From NCBI GenBank assembly GCA_964016885.1, contig OZ024747.1, positions 34,348,001 through 34,412,000 on the forward strand: 64,000 nt of DNA, given 5' to 3'. Position numbers and translations under genes: made by a program. This document shows, one piece after another, positions 51,101-62,842 of this stretch; within the stretch, counting starts at the first letter, position 1, and the number at the start of each line of letters is the position of its first letter. The notes beneath the pieces are model-generated. The model saw only the letters and a list, made by a program, of their open reading frames with translations, did no database searches and was not told the origin of the DNA. The stretch comes from Eledone cirrhosa (taxonomy: Eukaryota).

Positions 51101-52876
51101 CATTCTTGGATCACCAAAAGCCTGGAGATCTTCAAGGTGGCAGATAACATCAGACAGTTGTTGGGCAAAAGTATGAAGTCCTGGGAAACTGAGTTAACAT
51201 CAACTGGAGAATCCTTGGGAAGCGTGAAGATCAAAAAGAGGTATCTTCCAGGGAGATAGTCTGTCCCCTCTGTTCTTTGTCCTTGCCCTGATGCCCCTGA
51301 CCAGTGTACTGCGAAAATTGAGAGCAGGATACAGGTTGGGAAAGGGAGGGCTTACCATCAATCACCTCCTCTTCATGGACTATCTTAAGCTCTTCGGGAA
51401 GAGTGAGAAGGAGTTGGATGTGCTTGTTGACACTGTCCGTATTTTCAGCAATGATATATGTATGCAATTTGGTATTAGTAAGTGTGGAGTCCTTGTGATG
51501 AAGAGGGGTAAATTGAGCAGAAGTAACGGAATCCAGGTACCAACAGGTGAGATGATAAAGGAAATTGACACTGAAGAAGGATACAAGTATTTGGGTTTTC
51601 TGGACATTAAGAACAAAAAAATGAAGGAATTGATAAGAACTGAATACATTCGGAGAGTAAGGAGCGTATTAAAGTCACATCTGAACAGTAGGAATGCCAT
51701 AAGTGCAGTAAATTCCCGAGCTGTGTCTATTATTAGGTACAGTGCGGGAATTCGGAATTGCAATGTTGCTGAACAAAAAGATATGGATAGGAAGACTAGG
51801 AAGCTATTGACTATCTACAACATGTTCCACAAGAGGAGTGATGTCGATAGACTCTACTTAAGGAGATCTGAGGGTGGAAGAGGTCTTATCAGCATAGAGG
51901 ACTGTGTTCAAATGGAGAAAAACAACCTAGACAAATACGTGACTGATAGTAAGGAGCCAATGCTCAGAACTGTACTGAAGGAGGGGACAATAGGCCAGGG
52001 GATGTCCAAGGAGGAAATAACATCAAGGAGAAAGAGCAGCCTTCAGGAAAACTCCCTTCATAGTACCTTCTTTGAGAAAACTGAATTTAGATATCCACAG
52101 ACATGGAACTGGTTGAAAAGAGGAGACCTTAAAAAGGCTACAGAAGGAATGTTAATGGCTGCGCAGGAGCAGGCCCTCAAAACGAAGTGGTTGAAACACC
52201 ACATTTACAAGGAGGAGTCTAGCCCACTGTGCAGGATCTGTGGAGAGAGAGAGGAGACTGTGGCTCACAGTGTATCCGAGTGTAAACACCTAGCCCAGAC
52301 TCACTATAAGGGCTGGAGACATGATGTGATGGGCAGGGTGATCCACTGGCACCTATGCAAAGTAAACAATTTACCACATTCTGAGAAGTGGTATGAGCAT
52401 AAGCCAGAGTCGGTGATAGAAAACGATCAGGTGAAGGTGCTGTGGGATTTTAGGGTACAGACGGAGAAGAAACTGGAACACAATAGACCTGACCTGGTGG
52501 TTTTGGACAAAGAAAAAAGATCGTGCCTGATTGTGAATGTGGCCTGCCAATTCGACACGAGAGTGCAAGAGAAGGAGAGGGAGAAATTAACCGATACCAG
52601 GACTTGAAGTGTGAGGTAAAAAGGATTTGGAACTGCCATGAAGGCAAAGTGATCCCGATTGTCATAGGTGCACTAGGGACTATCTCAAAAGTTTTCCAGG
52701 GATGGTTAAAGAAAATTGGCCCTTCACGCTTTTTGGAACGCTTCAAAAGGCATGCTTGCTGGGAACAGCAAGAACCATCCGACACGTCCTGAATATCTGA
52801 GGCTGCAGGTAGTGGATTGATATTCATCTCAACAAACTTTCCAGTTAACTAACATCAATGACTGAGACTCAAAGAG
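48175..52876 (+). pseudogene. Full-length R4/Dong family A copy 2, disrupted
   Basis: Colinear with 38856-43362; in-frame stops (49731, 50790), frameshifts, and FMDD changed to FMDY. Confidence 0.95.
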
Positions 52877-52910
52877 TAATAACAATAATAATAATAATAA
52901 TAATAACAAT

Positions 52911-53654
52911 AAAGGCTACAGAAGGAATGTTAATGGCAGCGCAAGAGCAGGCCCTCAAAACGAAGTGGTTGAAACACCATATTGACAAGGAGGAGGCTAG
53001 CCCACTGTGCAGGAGGTATGGAGAGAAAAATGAGACTCTGGCTCACATTGTATCCGAGTGTAAACACCTAGCCCAGACTCACTATAAGGGCTGGAGACAT
53101 GATGTGATGGGCAGGGTGATCCACTGGCACCTATGCAAAGTTAACAATTTACCACATTCTGAGAAGTGGTATGAGCATAAGCCAGAGTCGGTGATAGAAA
53201 ACGATCAGGTGAAGGTGCTGTGGGATTTTAGGATACAGACGGACAAGAAACTGGAACACAATAGACCCGACCTGGTGGTTTTAGCCAAGGAAAAATGATC
53301 GTGTCTGATTGTGAATGTGGCTTGCCCATTTGACACGAGAGTGTAAGTGAAGGGGAGGGAGAAAATTAACCGATACCAGGACTTGAAGTGGGAGGTAAAA
53401 AGGATTTGGAACTGCCATGAAGTCAGAGTCGTCCCCATTGTCATAGGCGCACTAGGTACCATCTCAAAAAGTTTCCAGGGATGGTTAAAGAAAATTGGCC
53501 CCTTCACGCTTTTTGGAACGCTTCAAAGGCATGCTTGCTGTGAATAGCAAGAACCCTCCGATACGTCCTGAATATCTGAGGCTGCAGGTAGTGGCTTGAT
53601 ATTCATTTCAAAAAAATTTCCAGTTAACTAACATCAATGACTCAGACTCAAAGA
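52911..53654 (+). pseudogene. 5'-truncated R4/Dong family A copy 3 (CCHC-RLE + 3' UTR)
   Basis: Begins at KATEGMLMAAQEQAL directly after a (TAA)n tract; same 3' UTR; ends in TAA repeats. Confidence 0.93.
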
Positions 53655-53678
53655 ACAAAAATAATAATCATAATAATA

Positions 53679-56600
53679 CTTTATTTATTAACCACAAGGG
53701 TTTACATAAAGTAGACATTAAGGACAGTACAGGACAATACAAGACGGTACAAATGGGCATTTCTGCGTGTAAAAAACAAGAAACAGAGGATGTAATAATA
53801 GAACAATGAAAAAAATTCCCCAATAGGGGGGATTCTTCCGAGGGACATTCCTGGAGAAAGCACATTAAAAAAGACAAAGTGACACTGACCACCAGGGCAA
53901 GTGCCCTCTCCCAGTTTTCCACCTTTAATTTACAGACACATACTCAGAGTAGGCCCATTCACTCGGGCCATTCTTGCCTCTCTCACCATCTTTCAACAAA
54001 ATGCTGGGAAGAGAGTACTTTCCTTTCTACCCTGATCTTCCTTTTCAAATGAAATTTGAAAAAGTTAATCAGGGCATCACCGAAGAGGTAAGTGCTCGTC
54101 TTCAGCCCTTTCAAACGTGTCCACCATACTATCTCTTTCGCCATGGCCACCAGACAGATAAAAACTGACTGCCCTTCCCGGCTAAAGGAGGAGGGCGGGG
54201 CAATCCTCACGATGGACTCAGCTGATAGCCGGATCAGTCCTACATGCGACAGCAGGTGTTCGACATAAACCCACAAGTCAGCAATGCTCGGACACTGGAT
54301 GAGTTCGTGCAGGACGGTTCCGTCGCCCTGCGCGCATCTCGGACATGTCATGCTGACGGCACCTCCATGCCTGTAGAGTTTATCCCGAACAGGAAAAGCT
54401 CCTCGGTGGCACTGCCAGGCCAGGGATTTCTGGAAGTTGTCTATAGGCCCCGGGCCGAAAGTTCTTCCGAAGAGATTGGCTAGTAGATTTTCGTCGACGC
54501 CTAGAGTTTCCCCAAGTACGTCATCGCACTTCCCCTCCACTAATCCTCTATAGAACGCCAAGGTGGAGTTTCCACCGATTACATTGCCCGATTGGTCGAA
54601 GGATGTGAGCGCCTGAAGACATTCCAGTCTCCAAGCGCTCCCTCTCGTTCTTCGCTTGACCCAGGACTGCAGCTCCGTCAAGGAGACGAGCTGGGGAAAA
54701 ACGTGTCTAGCAAACGGCGACCACACCTGATCACCGTCGAGGAAGAGGTGGATATGTCGTAGCCCGAGCCCGTGTCTGCGCATCATCACCCACGCCATTC
54801 CCAGCCCTCCACGTAGCGGGTGTTGACAGCAGATGGACCGACTGACATCGGAGCGTGTCCCTTCCACAAAAAGCGAAAGAGCAAACGCTCCAGCGCAGTC
54901 AGGCGGGGCTTAGGACAAGGTACGACGGTCAGGCGATAGTAGATGACGGAAGCGATATACGCGTTAGCCACCTCCGCTTGACCTTTCAAGGATAGGTTCA
55001 TCTCGGCCCATTTCTGGGTGAGAGAAGCCACCCTGCTCGTCACCTCGTCCCAGGTTTTGTCCGTCTCGAGATCCGGACCGAACGAGACCCCTAGCAATTT
55101 AACTGATCCGTCCGTCCAGCGCCCGACGACGCTGTTGGACGGCATGGACCTGCCTCTCCAGGTGCCGAGCTGCAGGCTCACTGACTTTTCCTGATTGTTC
55201 ATTGCACCTGTCACCGCTTCGTAAACTCTTAGTGTAGTGCCGATCGCATCAATGTGTTTGACGTTCGACACCACTACAGTGACATCGTCCGCATATGCTG
55301 ACACGGATCTTCCGCATCCTAGTTCGTGCGCGACCCGCCTCAACGTCTACAGTTTGTGCAGTAATGGCTCGAGAGTCAATACGTACAAGAGGGACGAGAG
55401 GGGATATACTTGGCGGACCGAGCGCATGATGTTGAACGGTTTCGAAAGGTGACCGTTCACTCTTACCACAGAGCAGATGTCGCTGCGCATGGCAGAGATC
55501 TAGCCTCTGAAGACGGGCCCAAAGCCAGCCGCCCTCAGCACTGCCGCTAGGTAACGATGGTCCACCCTATCGAAAGCTTTCGTCTGATCTAAATTTATCA
55601 AGGACCCACCCGTGCCAGGTTCCCTAGCTACCCTCTCTACGATGTATCGCATGAGGTGGAGGTTGTCGTGGATGGATCTGTCGGGAATGGCGCATGTCTG
55701 TGCCTCTCCCACCAGACCACCAACGACAAGCGCCAACCTCTTTGCTAGCACCTTGGCCAAAATCTTGAACTCTGTGTTATGCAGAGTTATGGGACTAAAA
55801 TTATCTATGTTATATCCCTTGTTCGGATGCTTTCTCAGCAGCGCCACAGCTCCTCGGCTCACAGAGCTGGGAATTCTCCCGTTCTATTGCCAGTTGCACT
55901 AGACGTCCGCCAAGAGGCCTCCGAAAAATCTGGCATCTTTACGTAAAGTTCATAGGGCAGACCATCCAAACCAGGCGATTTACCCCTTGTGGAGCTAGTC
56001 ATTGCCTCCCGTGCTTCAGTGGCTGTTGTCGGCTTTTCGCAACACTCCACCTCAGTGGCCGAGAGCTGCGACAGACCGTCGAATTAAACACTAAAGTCCA
56101 TCCTTCGATCCGGCCGGCCGCTGCCCCCGAACAACTGAGCGAAGTGTCGCTGAAAAGCTTCACACATTTGCCCGGGATGGAGTAGCATGCGCCCGTCGTG
56201 GTCCACCAAAGAACGGATCGTGGCTTTGTTGCCACGACGCGCCTCCGCCACTCGGGCCCATTGAACGGCTTTCGTCCCCTCGTGTCTGAGAGGACGCACC
56301 CTAGCTCTGACAACACAGCCTTCGTGCTTTGCATTGAAGAATTGGTCAAGGGCCAATTTCGCCGCAAGTACGTCGGTCGCGATCCCTTTGCTAAGCGCCT
56401 CGTCTAATTTTCTAACTAATTCTCCCTCTGCTCTATTTTTCTCTATTGCTAAAGCCTTACTAAACCTAATGGACTCTATTCTAATTGCTCTATTCAGAGC
56501 AAACCACCACTTTTTATTGACGATGGCATCCGTCAACGCCCTCTTAACTAGTTCGCTAATCCAGTCTCTTTAGGCCTTGCGAGCTGATAAGGACGCGTTT

Positions 56601-59072
56601 AGGTTCCAGTAGCCGGGTCTTCGTCTATGAAGTCTATCTAAATCAAGCACACAGATCACGAATTTGTGGTCCGTGTAGCTGAATATCTTGAATTGTGGAG
56701 AGCCTATGATAGACCTATCTATTTCTCTACAAAATACTCTATCTAGATATGATCTGGATGACCCTATGCGATTTGTCCAAGTCCACATTGGCACATTCGG
56801 GAAATCCAATCGGTACCTGTCAGACAGTTCAAAACGCCTGAGCAGGTTGGTGAGGTTCTTGCACCCTCCTCCCCTATCCGCTAATCCCACACAATCCCAG
56901 CGTGCATCTATGATCCTGTTCCAGTCGCCCACTAACACTAAAGAGCGGGACGTTCCAAGAAAGGTCTCCAGACGCCGGAAGAAATCAGGCCGTCCTCTCC
57001 TGTCGGGGCATAGACGTCTAGCACCACCAACTTACTTTCTGCGTCCAGGAAGATGGCCCGTATGGCGAGATCCAAACCTCTCCGAAAAAGTACAGCAAGT
57101 CCTCCACCCGATCCCGGACGGCTGTGAGATGCGTACACATCGTAGCCGCCGAAGATCGGTGGGAAGGCGCCTGCTTCGGAGATTCTGGTCTCGCTGATGG
57201 CCACTACATCTATGTTTAGTGACCTTAGGTCGTTGAGCAGGTGGCTCCACTTCCATGACGACCCCAAGCCACGCGCATTTATGCTGCCTATTCTGAGAGA
57301 GGTCATGTTGAAATGGAGTGGAAAAGATGGGAAAGACCACTTACCTTATTTCTCGTAGTGAAAAGCAGTGAAAATGATGGTTTGTCCATCCTTTTCACTG
57401 CTTGTGGCCTCCTCCGGAAGGATGAGCTTATAAATCCTCCTGGAAAGTGTTTGTCGGAAGTCTCCGATGTCTTTGGGGAACTTTTGTTTTAGTGTCGTGT
57501 ACGTTTTCTGTGTGATGCGAGTGATTTGTATATGTGGAGTTGGTGTGAACTTTTGGGTTGTTGTGTAGTCTTTTTCTGTGATGCTGGTGTTGTGTTGTAT
57601 GTAGTGTAATAATTGGTTGTTGTTCAAATTTAATGCTGTCTAGTGTGTATCGTTTTGGTTGTTTTGTTTTGTTTGCGTTTGTTGTGAGCTTGTTTCTGTT
57701 ACGCTTTTTGGTGACTTTTGTGGTGTTGGGGTTAATGATGGTGATGGTGTTGGTGTTTGGGTTGATGGGGTTGGTGATGCTGGTGTGAATGGTGGCATAT
57801 CTGTCCTAACTTTTTTGTTTGTTAATTTATTTGTTTCCCTCTGTATTTTGTTTTTGGAGGGGGAAAGAACAGATTTTTTTCTTTTTTTGGTTCCTATTTT
57901 TCTTTTTTCCTGATACCGTTTCTCACTCCTCGTCGTCACAATCTGTCTCCAGTTGCGATAAGCCGGGGAGTGGAAATTCCTCCACAGGCGTTGGTTTTGG
58001 TTGTGGCGTGGTGGATGGTGTAGGCGCTTGGTGCTAGTTCTGGTGCGTTAGGTGGTGGTGGTGTTGGTTTTGCTACTGTTGCTGGGTTTGTTGCTGTTAC
58101 AGTTGCTTCTGTTGTTGCTGCTACAGGTGTTGCTGCCATTTCTGCTGCTGGTGGTGTTGATGGTTGAGTCACTGGGGTGGGTAAGGGAGGTGGCCTCAAC
58201 CTTTTAGCCTGAGGGCAGAAAGCCCTTAGGTGGGTTCCTTCACCACAAACGACACACCTAGGTCTTCTGCCCTCGACGATTACAGTGAGGTGGCTTCCGT
58301 CAGTGAGGTCTATTACCTTTGGGATCTCCGCAATGCTTTCATGGTCCGCTTGGATCAGGAGCTCCATCCCAGATCCGGACCAGTTCTCCTGTTTTTCTTT
58401 TGCTATTTCTATTATTTTAGTGTTGGCATCGATGCCGGCGAGGACGGCAGCCATTAGCCAGGGAATTTCGATGGCCGGTGGAACGTGGGTCACCCTGATC
58501 TTCACAAGTCCCTGGACACAATAGCTTGGGACGTGTGTGAAGTCGTCACTTCTTAATGGGGCCATGGAGTGTTCTCTGGCCTCCTAAGGTTGTTTTAAAG
58601 TACATGTCCACGGCTCCATACTGCTGCCCACGTCTGATGTGGTTTTTTTTTGCCCAAACATGTCCCAAAGATTTTTGGATTTGGGACTCGGATGCCCGTT
58701 CCACTCGGCGCGATTTTATGCTAATTGTCCGATAAGACACGGTGCATAGGCGACGTTGCTCCATTTTATTATGGGGGGGGGGCTGACCCTGTACCTATCT
58801 TTCTTTACCATTCCTTTGGCTTCTTCTAATTCCTCCTGAGTTACCTGGATCGCTTCGCACGTTTTTGCTACTCTGGCAAAACTCAGGGTAGTTTTCTTAG
58901 TTTCATTGGTGTTGTTGTTATCGTTATTTTTGCTATTGATAAATAATGGGAAATCTGGAAATACTATGAGTATAGAATATAACAAATGGACAAAAAGAGA
59001 AACAAAATGAAACATACAATTTGTATAAAAGTTAATTTAAAAAAATACAACATAAATATAACAATGTACATG
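53679..59072 (-). pseudogene. Full-length Tx1/L1-clade element, copy A, disrupted (ORF1 ~58900-57346, ORF2 57306-53925)
   Basis: ORF2 fragments colinear with 59388-62807; ORF1 fragments with SFARVAK, KIRVTHVP (RRM-like) and CVVCGEGTHLRAFC (CCHC); AATAAA at the 3' end; (TTA)n on both sides. Confidence 0.93.
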
Positions 59073-59080
59073 ATAATAAT

Positions 59081-59127
<47 letters not shown>

Positions 59128-59387
59128 TTTCTTTATTAACCACAAGGGTTTACATAAAGTAGACATTAAGGACAGTGCAGGACAATGCAGGACGGTACAA
59201 ATGGGCATTTCTGCGTGTAAAAAAACAAAAACAGAGGATGTAACAAAAATAACAATGAAAATAACAATGAAAAATTCCCCAATAGGGGGGAGACTTCGGA
59301 GGGACATTTGTGGAGAAAGCCCAGTAAAAAGCCACAATGACCCTGACCACCAAGGCAAGTGCCCTCTCCCAGTTTTCCACCTTTAGT

Positions 59388-62300
59388 TTACAGATATATA
59401 CTCAGAGTCGGCCCATTCACTCGGGCCATTCTTGCTTCTCTCACCCATCTTTCAACAAAATGCTGGGAAGAGAGCACTTCCCTCTCTACTCTGATTTTCC
59501 TTTTCAAATGAAATTTGAAAAAGTCAATCAGAGCATCACCGAAGAGGTAAGTGCTCGTCTTCAGCCCTTTCAAACGTGTCCACCATACTATCTCTTTCGC
59601 CATGGCCACCAGACAGATAAAAACTGCCTGCCCTTCCCTGCTAAAGGAGGAGGGCGGGGCAATCCTCACGATAGACTCAGATGATAGCTGGATCCGTCCT
59701 AAACGCGACAGCAGGTGTTCGACATAAACCCACAAGTCAGCAATTTTCGGACACTGGACGAGTGCGTGCAGGACGGTTTCGTCGCCCTGCGCGCATCTCG
59801 GACATGCCCGGCTGACGGCACCTCCATGCCTGTAGAGTTTATCCCGAACTGGCAAGGCTCCTCGGTAGCACTGCCAGGCCAGAGATTTCTGGAAGTTGTC
59901 CATAGGCCCTGGCCCGAAAGTTCTTCCGAAGAGATTGGCTAGTTGATTTTCGTCGACGCCTAGAGTTTCCCCAAGTACGTCGTCGCTCTTCCCCTCCACT
60001 AATCCTCTATAGAACGCCGAGGTGGAGTTTCCACCGATCACATTGCCCGATTGGTCGAGGGCTGTGAGCGCCTGAAGACATTCCAGTCTCCAGGCGCTCC
60101 CTCTCGGTCTTCGCTTGACCCAGGACTGCAGCTCCGTCAAGGAAACGAGCTGGGGAAAAACGCGTCTAGCAAACGGCGACCACACCTGATCACCGTCGAG
60201 GAAGAGGTGGAGTGGTCGTAGCCTGAGCGCGTGCCTGCGCATCATCAGCCACGGCATGCCCAGCCCTCCACGTAGCGGGTGTTGACAACAGATGGACCGC
60301 CTGACCATCGGAGCACGTCCCTTCCACAAAAAGCGAAAGAGCAAACGCTCCAGCGCAGTCAGGCGAGGCTTAGGACAAGGTACGACGGTTAGGCGGTAGC
60401 AGATGACAGACGCGATGTACGCGTTAGCCACCTCCGCTCGACCTTTCAGGGATAGCTTCCTCTCCGCCCATTTCTGGGTGAGAGAAGCCACCCTGCTCGT
60501 CACCTCGTCCCAGTTTTTGTCCGTCTGGAGGTCCGGACCGAACCAGACCCCTAGCAATTTAACCGGTCCGTCCGTCCAGCGCCCGACGACGCTGTTGGAC
60601 GGCATGGACCTGCCTCTCCAGGTGCCGAGCTGCAGGCCCACTGACTTTTCCTGGTTGATCATTGCTCCTGTCACCGCTTCGTATTCTCTTAGTGTAGTGC
60701 CGATCGCCTCGATGTGTTTGGCGTTCGACACCACTACGGTGACATCGTCCGCATATGCTGACACGGATCTTCCGCATCCTAGTTCGCGCGGGACTCCCCT
60801 CAACGTCTCCAGTTTGTGCAGTAATGGCTCGAGAGTCAATACGTACAAGAGGGACGAGAGGGGACATCCTTGGCGGACCGAGCGCATGATGTTGAACGGT
60901 TCCGACAGGTGACCGTTCACTCTCACTACAGAGCAGATGTCGCTGTGCATGGCAGCGATCCAGCCTCTGAAGACGGGCCCAAAGCCAGCCGCCCTCAGGA
61001 CTGCCGCTAGGTAACGATGGTCGACCCTATCGAAAGCTTTCGACTGATCTAAATTGATCAAGGACCCACCCGTGCCAGGTTCCCTAGCTACCCTCTCTAC
61101 GATGTATCGCATGAGGTGGAGGTTGTCGTGGATGGATCTGTCGGGAATGGCGCATGTCTGCGCCTCTCCCACCAGACCACCAACGACAAGCGCCAACCTC
61201 TTTGCTAGCACCTTGGCCAAAATCTTAAACTCTGTGTTTAGCAGAGTTATGGGCCGGAAATTGTCTATGTTATCCCCCTTGTTCGGATCCTTTCTCAGCA
61301 GTGCCACCGCTCCTCGGCTCACAGAACTGGGAATTCTCCCGTTCTGTTGCCAGTTGCAGTAGACGTCCGCCAAGAGGCCTCCAAACAAGTCTGGCATCTG
61401 TACGTAAAGTTCATAGGGCAGACCATCCAAACCAGGCGATTTACCCCTTGTGCAGCCAGTCATTGCCTCCCTTACTTCAGCGGCTGTTATCGGCTTTTCG
61501 CAACACTTCGCCTCAGTGGCCGAGAGCCGCGGCAGTCCGTCGAGGTAGACACTAAAGTCCATCCCTCTACCCGGCCCCCCGCTGCCCCCGAACAGCTGAG
61601 CGAAGTGTCGCTGAAAAGCTTCACACATTTGCCCGGGATCGAGTAGCATGCGCCCGTCGTGGTCCACCAAAGACCGGATCGTGGCTTTGTTGCCACGACG
61701 CGCCTCCGCCACTCGGGCCCATTGAACGGCTTTCGTCCCCTCGTGTCTGAGAGCACGCACCCTAGCTCTGACAACGCAGCCTTCGTGCTTTGCATTGAAG
61801 AATTGGTCAAGGGCCAATTTCGCCGCAAGCACGTCGGTCGCAATGCCTTTGCTAAGCGCCTCGTCTAATTTTCTAACTAGTTCTCCCTCTGCTCTATTTT
61901 TCTCTATTGCTAAAGCCTTACTAAACCTAATCGATTCTATTCTAATCGCTCTTTTCAGAGCAAACCACCACTTGTTGTTGACGATGGCCCCCGTCAACGC
62001 CCTCTTAACTAGTTCGCTAATCCGGTCTCTGTAGGCCTTGCGCGCTGGTAAGGACGCGTTTAGCTTCCAGTAGCCGGGTCCTCGTCTATGAAGCCTATCT
62101 AAGTCAAGCACACAGATCACGAATTTGTGGTCCGTGTAGCTGACTATCTTGAATTGTGGACAGCCTATGCTAGACCTATCTATTTCCCTACAAAATACTC
62201 TATCTAGATATGATCTGGATGACCCTATGCGGTTTGTCCAAGTCCACATTGGCACATTCGGGAAATCCAATCGGTACCTGTCAGACAGTTCAAAACGCCT

Positions 62301-62807
62301 GAGCAGGTTGGTGAGGCTCTTGCACCCTCCACCCCTATCCGCTAATCCCACACAGTCCCAGCGTGCATCTAAGATCCCGTTCCAGTCGCCCACTAACACT
62401 AAAGAGCGGGACGTTCCAAGAAAGGTCTCCAGACGCCGGAAGAAATCAGGCCGCCCTGCTCCTGTCGGGGCATAGACGGCCACTAGCCTGAAAGCTTGCC
62501 CGTCTCCGCTGGTCACGTCCAGCACCACCAGCTTACCCTCTGGGTCCAGGAAGATGGCCCGTATGGCGAGATCCAAACCTCTCCGAAAAAGCACAGCAAC
62601 TCCTCCACCCGATCCAGGACGGCTGGGAGATGCGTACACATCGTAGCCGCCGAAGATCGGTGCGAAGGCCCGTGCTTCGGAGATTCTGGTCTCGCTGATG
62701 GCCACTACATCTATGTTTAGTGACCTGAGGTCGTTGAGCAGGTGACCCTGCTTCCATGACGACCCCAAGCCACGCGCATTTATGCTGCCTATTCTGAGTG
62801 AGGTCAT
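59388..62807 (-). CDS. Intact ORF2: APE endonuclease + RT + C-terminal CCHC (1139 aa), Tx1/L1 clade
   Basis: SINARGL, SET, VYAP, GDWN, YLDRV, TDH; KSPGLDG, FRPITLLN, LDQSKAFDRV, VRQGCPLS, YADD; CPRC...ETVLHALVQC. Confidence 0.96.
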   Translation of the reverse strand: MTSLRIGSINARGLGSSWKQGHLLNDLRSLNIDVVAISETRISEARAFAPIFGGYDVYASPSRPGSGGGVAVLFRRGLDLAIRAIFLDPEGKLVVLDVTSGDGQAFRLVAVYAPTGAGRPDFFRRLETFLGTSRSLVLVGDWNGILDARWDCVGLADRGGGCKSLTNLLRRFELSDRYRLDFPNVPMWTWTNRIGSSRSYLDRVFCREIDRSSIGCPQFKIVSYTDHKFVICVLDLDRLHRRGPGYWKLNASLPARKAYRDRISELVKRALTGAIVNNKWWFALKRAIRIESIRFSKALAIEKNRAEGELVRKLDEALSKGIATDVLAAKLALDQFFNAKHEGCVVRARVRALRHEGTKAVQWARVAEARRGNKATIRSLVDHDGRMLLDPGQMCEAFQRHFAQLFGGSGGPGRGMDFSVYLDGLPRLSATEAKCCEKPITAAEVREAMTGCTRGKSPGLDGLPYELYVQMPDLFGGLLADVYCNWQQNGRIPSSVSRGAVALLRKDPNKGDNIDNFRPITLLNTEFKILAKVLAKRLALVVGGLVGEAQTCAIPDRSIHDNLHLMRYIVERVAREPGTGGSLINLDQSKAFDRVDHRYLAAVLRAAGFGPVFRGWIAAMHSDICSVVRVNGHLSEPFNIMRSVRQGCPLSSLLYVLTLEPLLHKLETLRGVPRELGCGRSVSAYADDVTVVVSNAKHIEAIGTTLREYEAVTGAMINQEKSVGLQLGTWRGRSMPSNSVVGRWTDGPVKLLGVWFGPDLQTDKNWDEVTSRVASLTQKWAERKLSLKGRAEVANAYIASVICYRLTVVPCPKPRLTALERLLFRFLWKGRAPMVRRSICCQHPLRGGLGMPWLMMRRHALRLRPLHLFLDGDQVWSPFARRVFPQLVSLTELQSWVKRRPRGSAWRLECLQALTALDQSGNVIGGNSTSAFYRGLVEGKSDDVLGETLGVDENQLANLFGRTFGPGPMDNFQKSLAWQCYRGALPVRDKLYRHGGAVSRACPRCAQGDETVLHALVQCPKIADLWVYVEHLLSRLGRIQLSSESIVRIAPPSSFSREGQAVFICLVAMAKEIVWWTRLKGLKTSTYLFGDALIDFFKFHLKRKIRVEREVLSSQHFVERWVREARMARVNGPTLSIYL

Positions 62808-62842
62808 GTTTAAAATAGAGTGGAAAAGATGGGAAAGACCAC

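Noticed and set aside
53660-53700. U2 snRNA, tRNA or rRNA target flanking the Tx1/R4 elements
   Set aside because: Junctions contain only TAA repeats; no structural RNA gene sequence seen in the window
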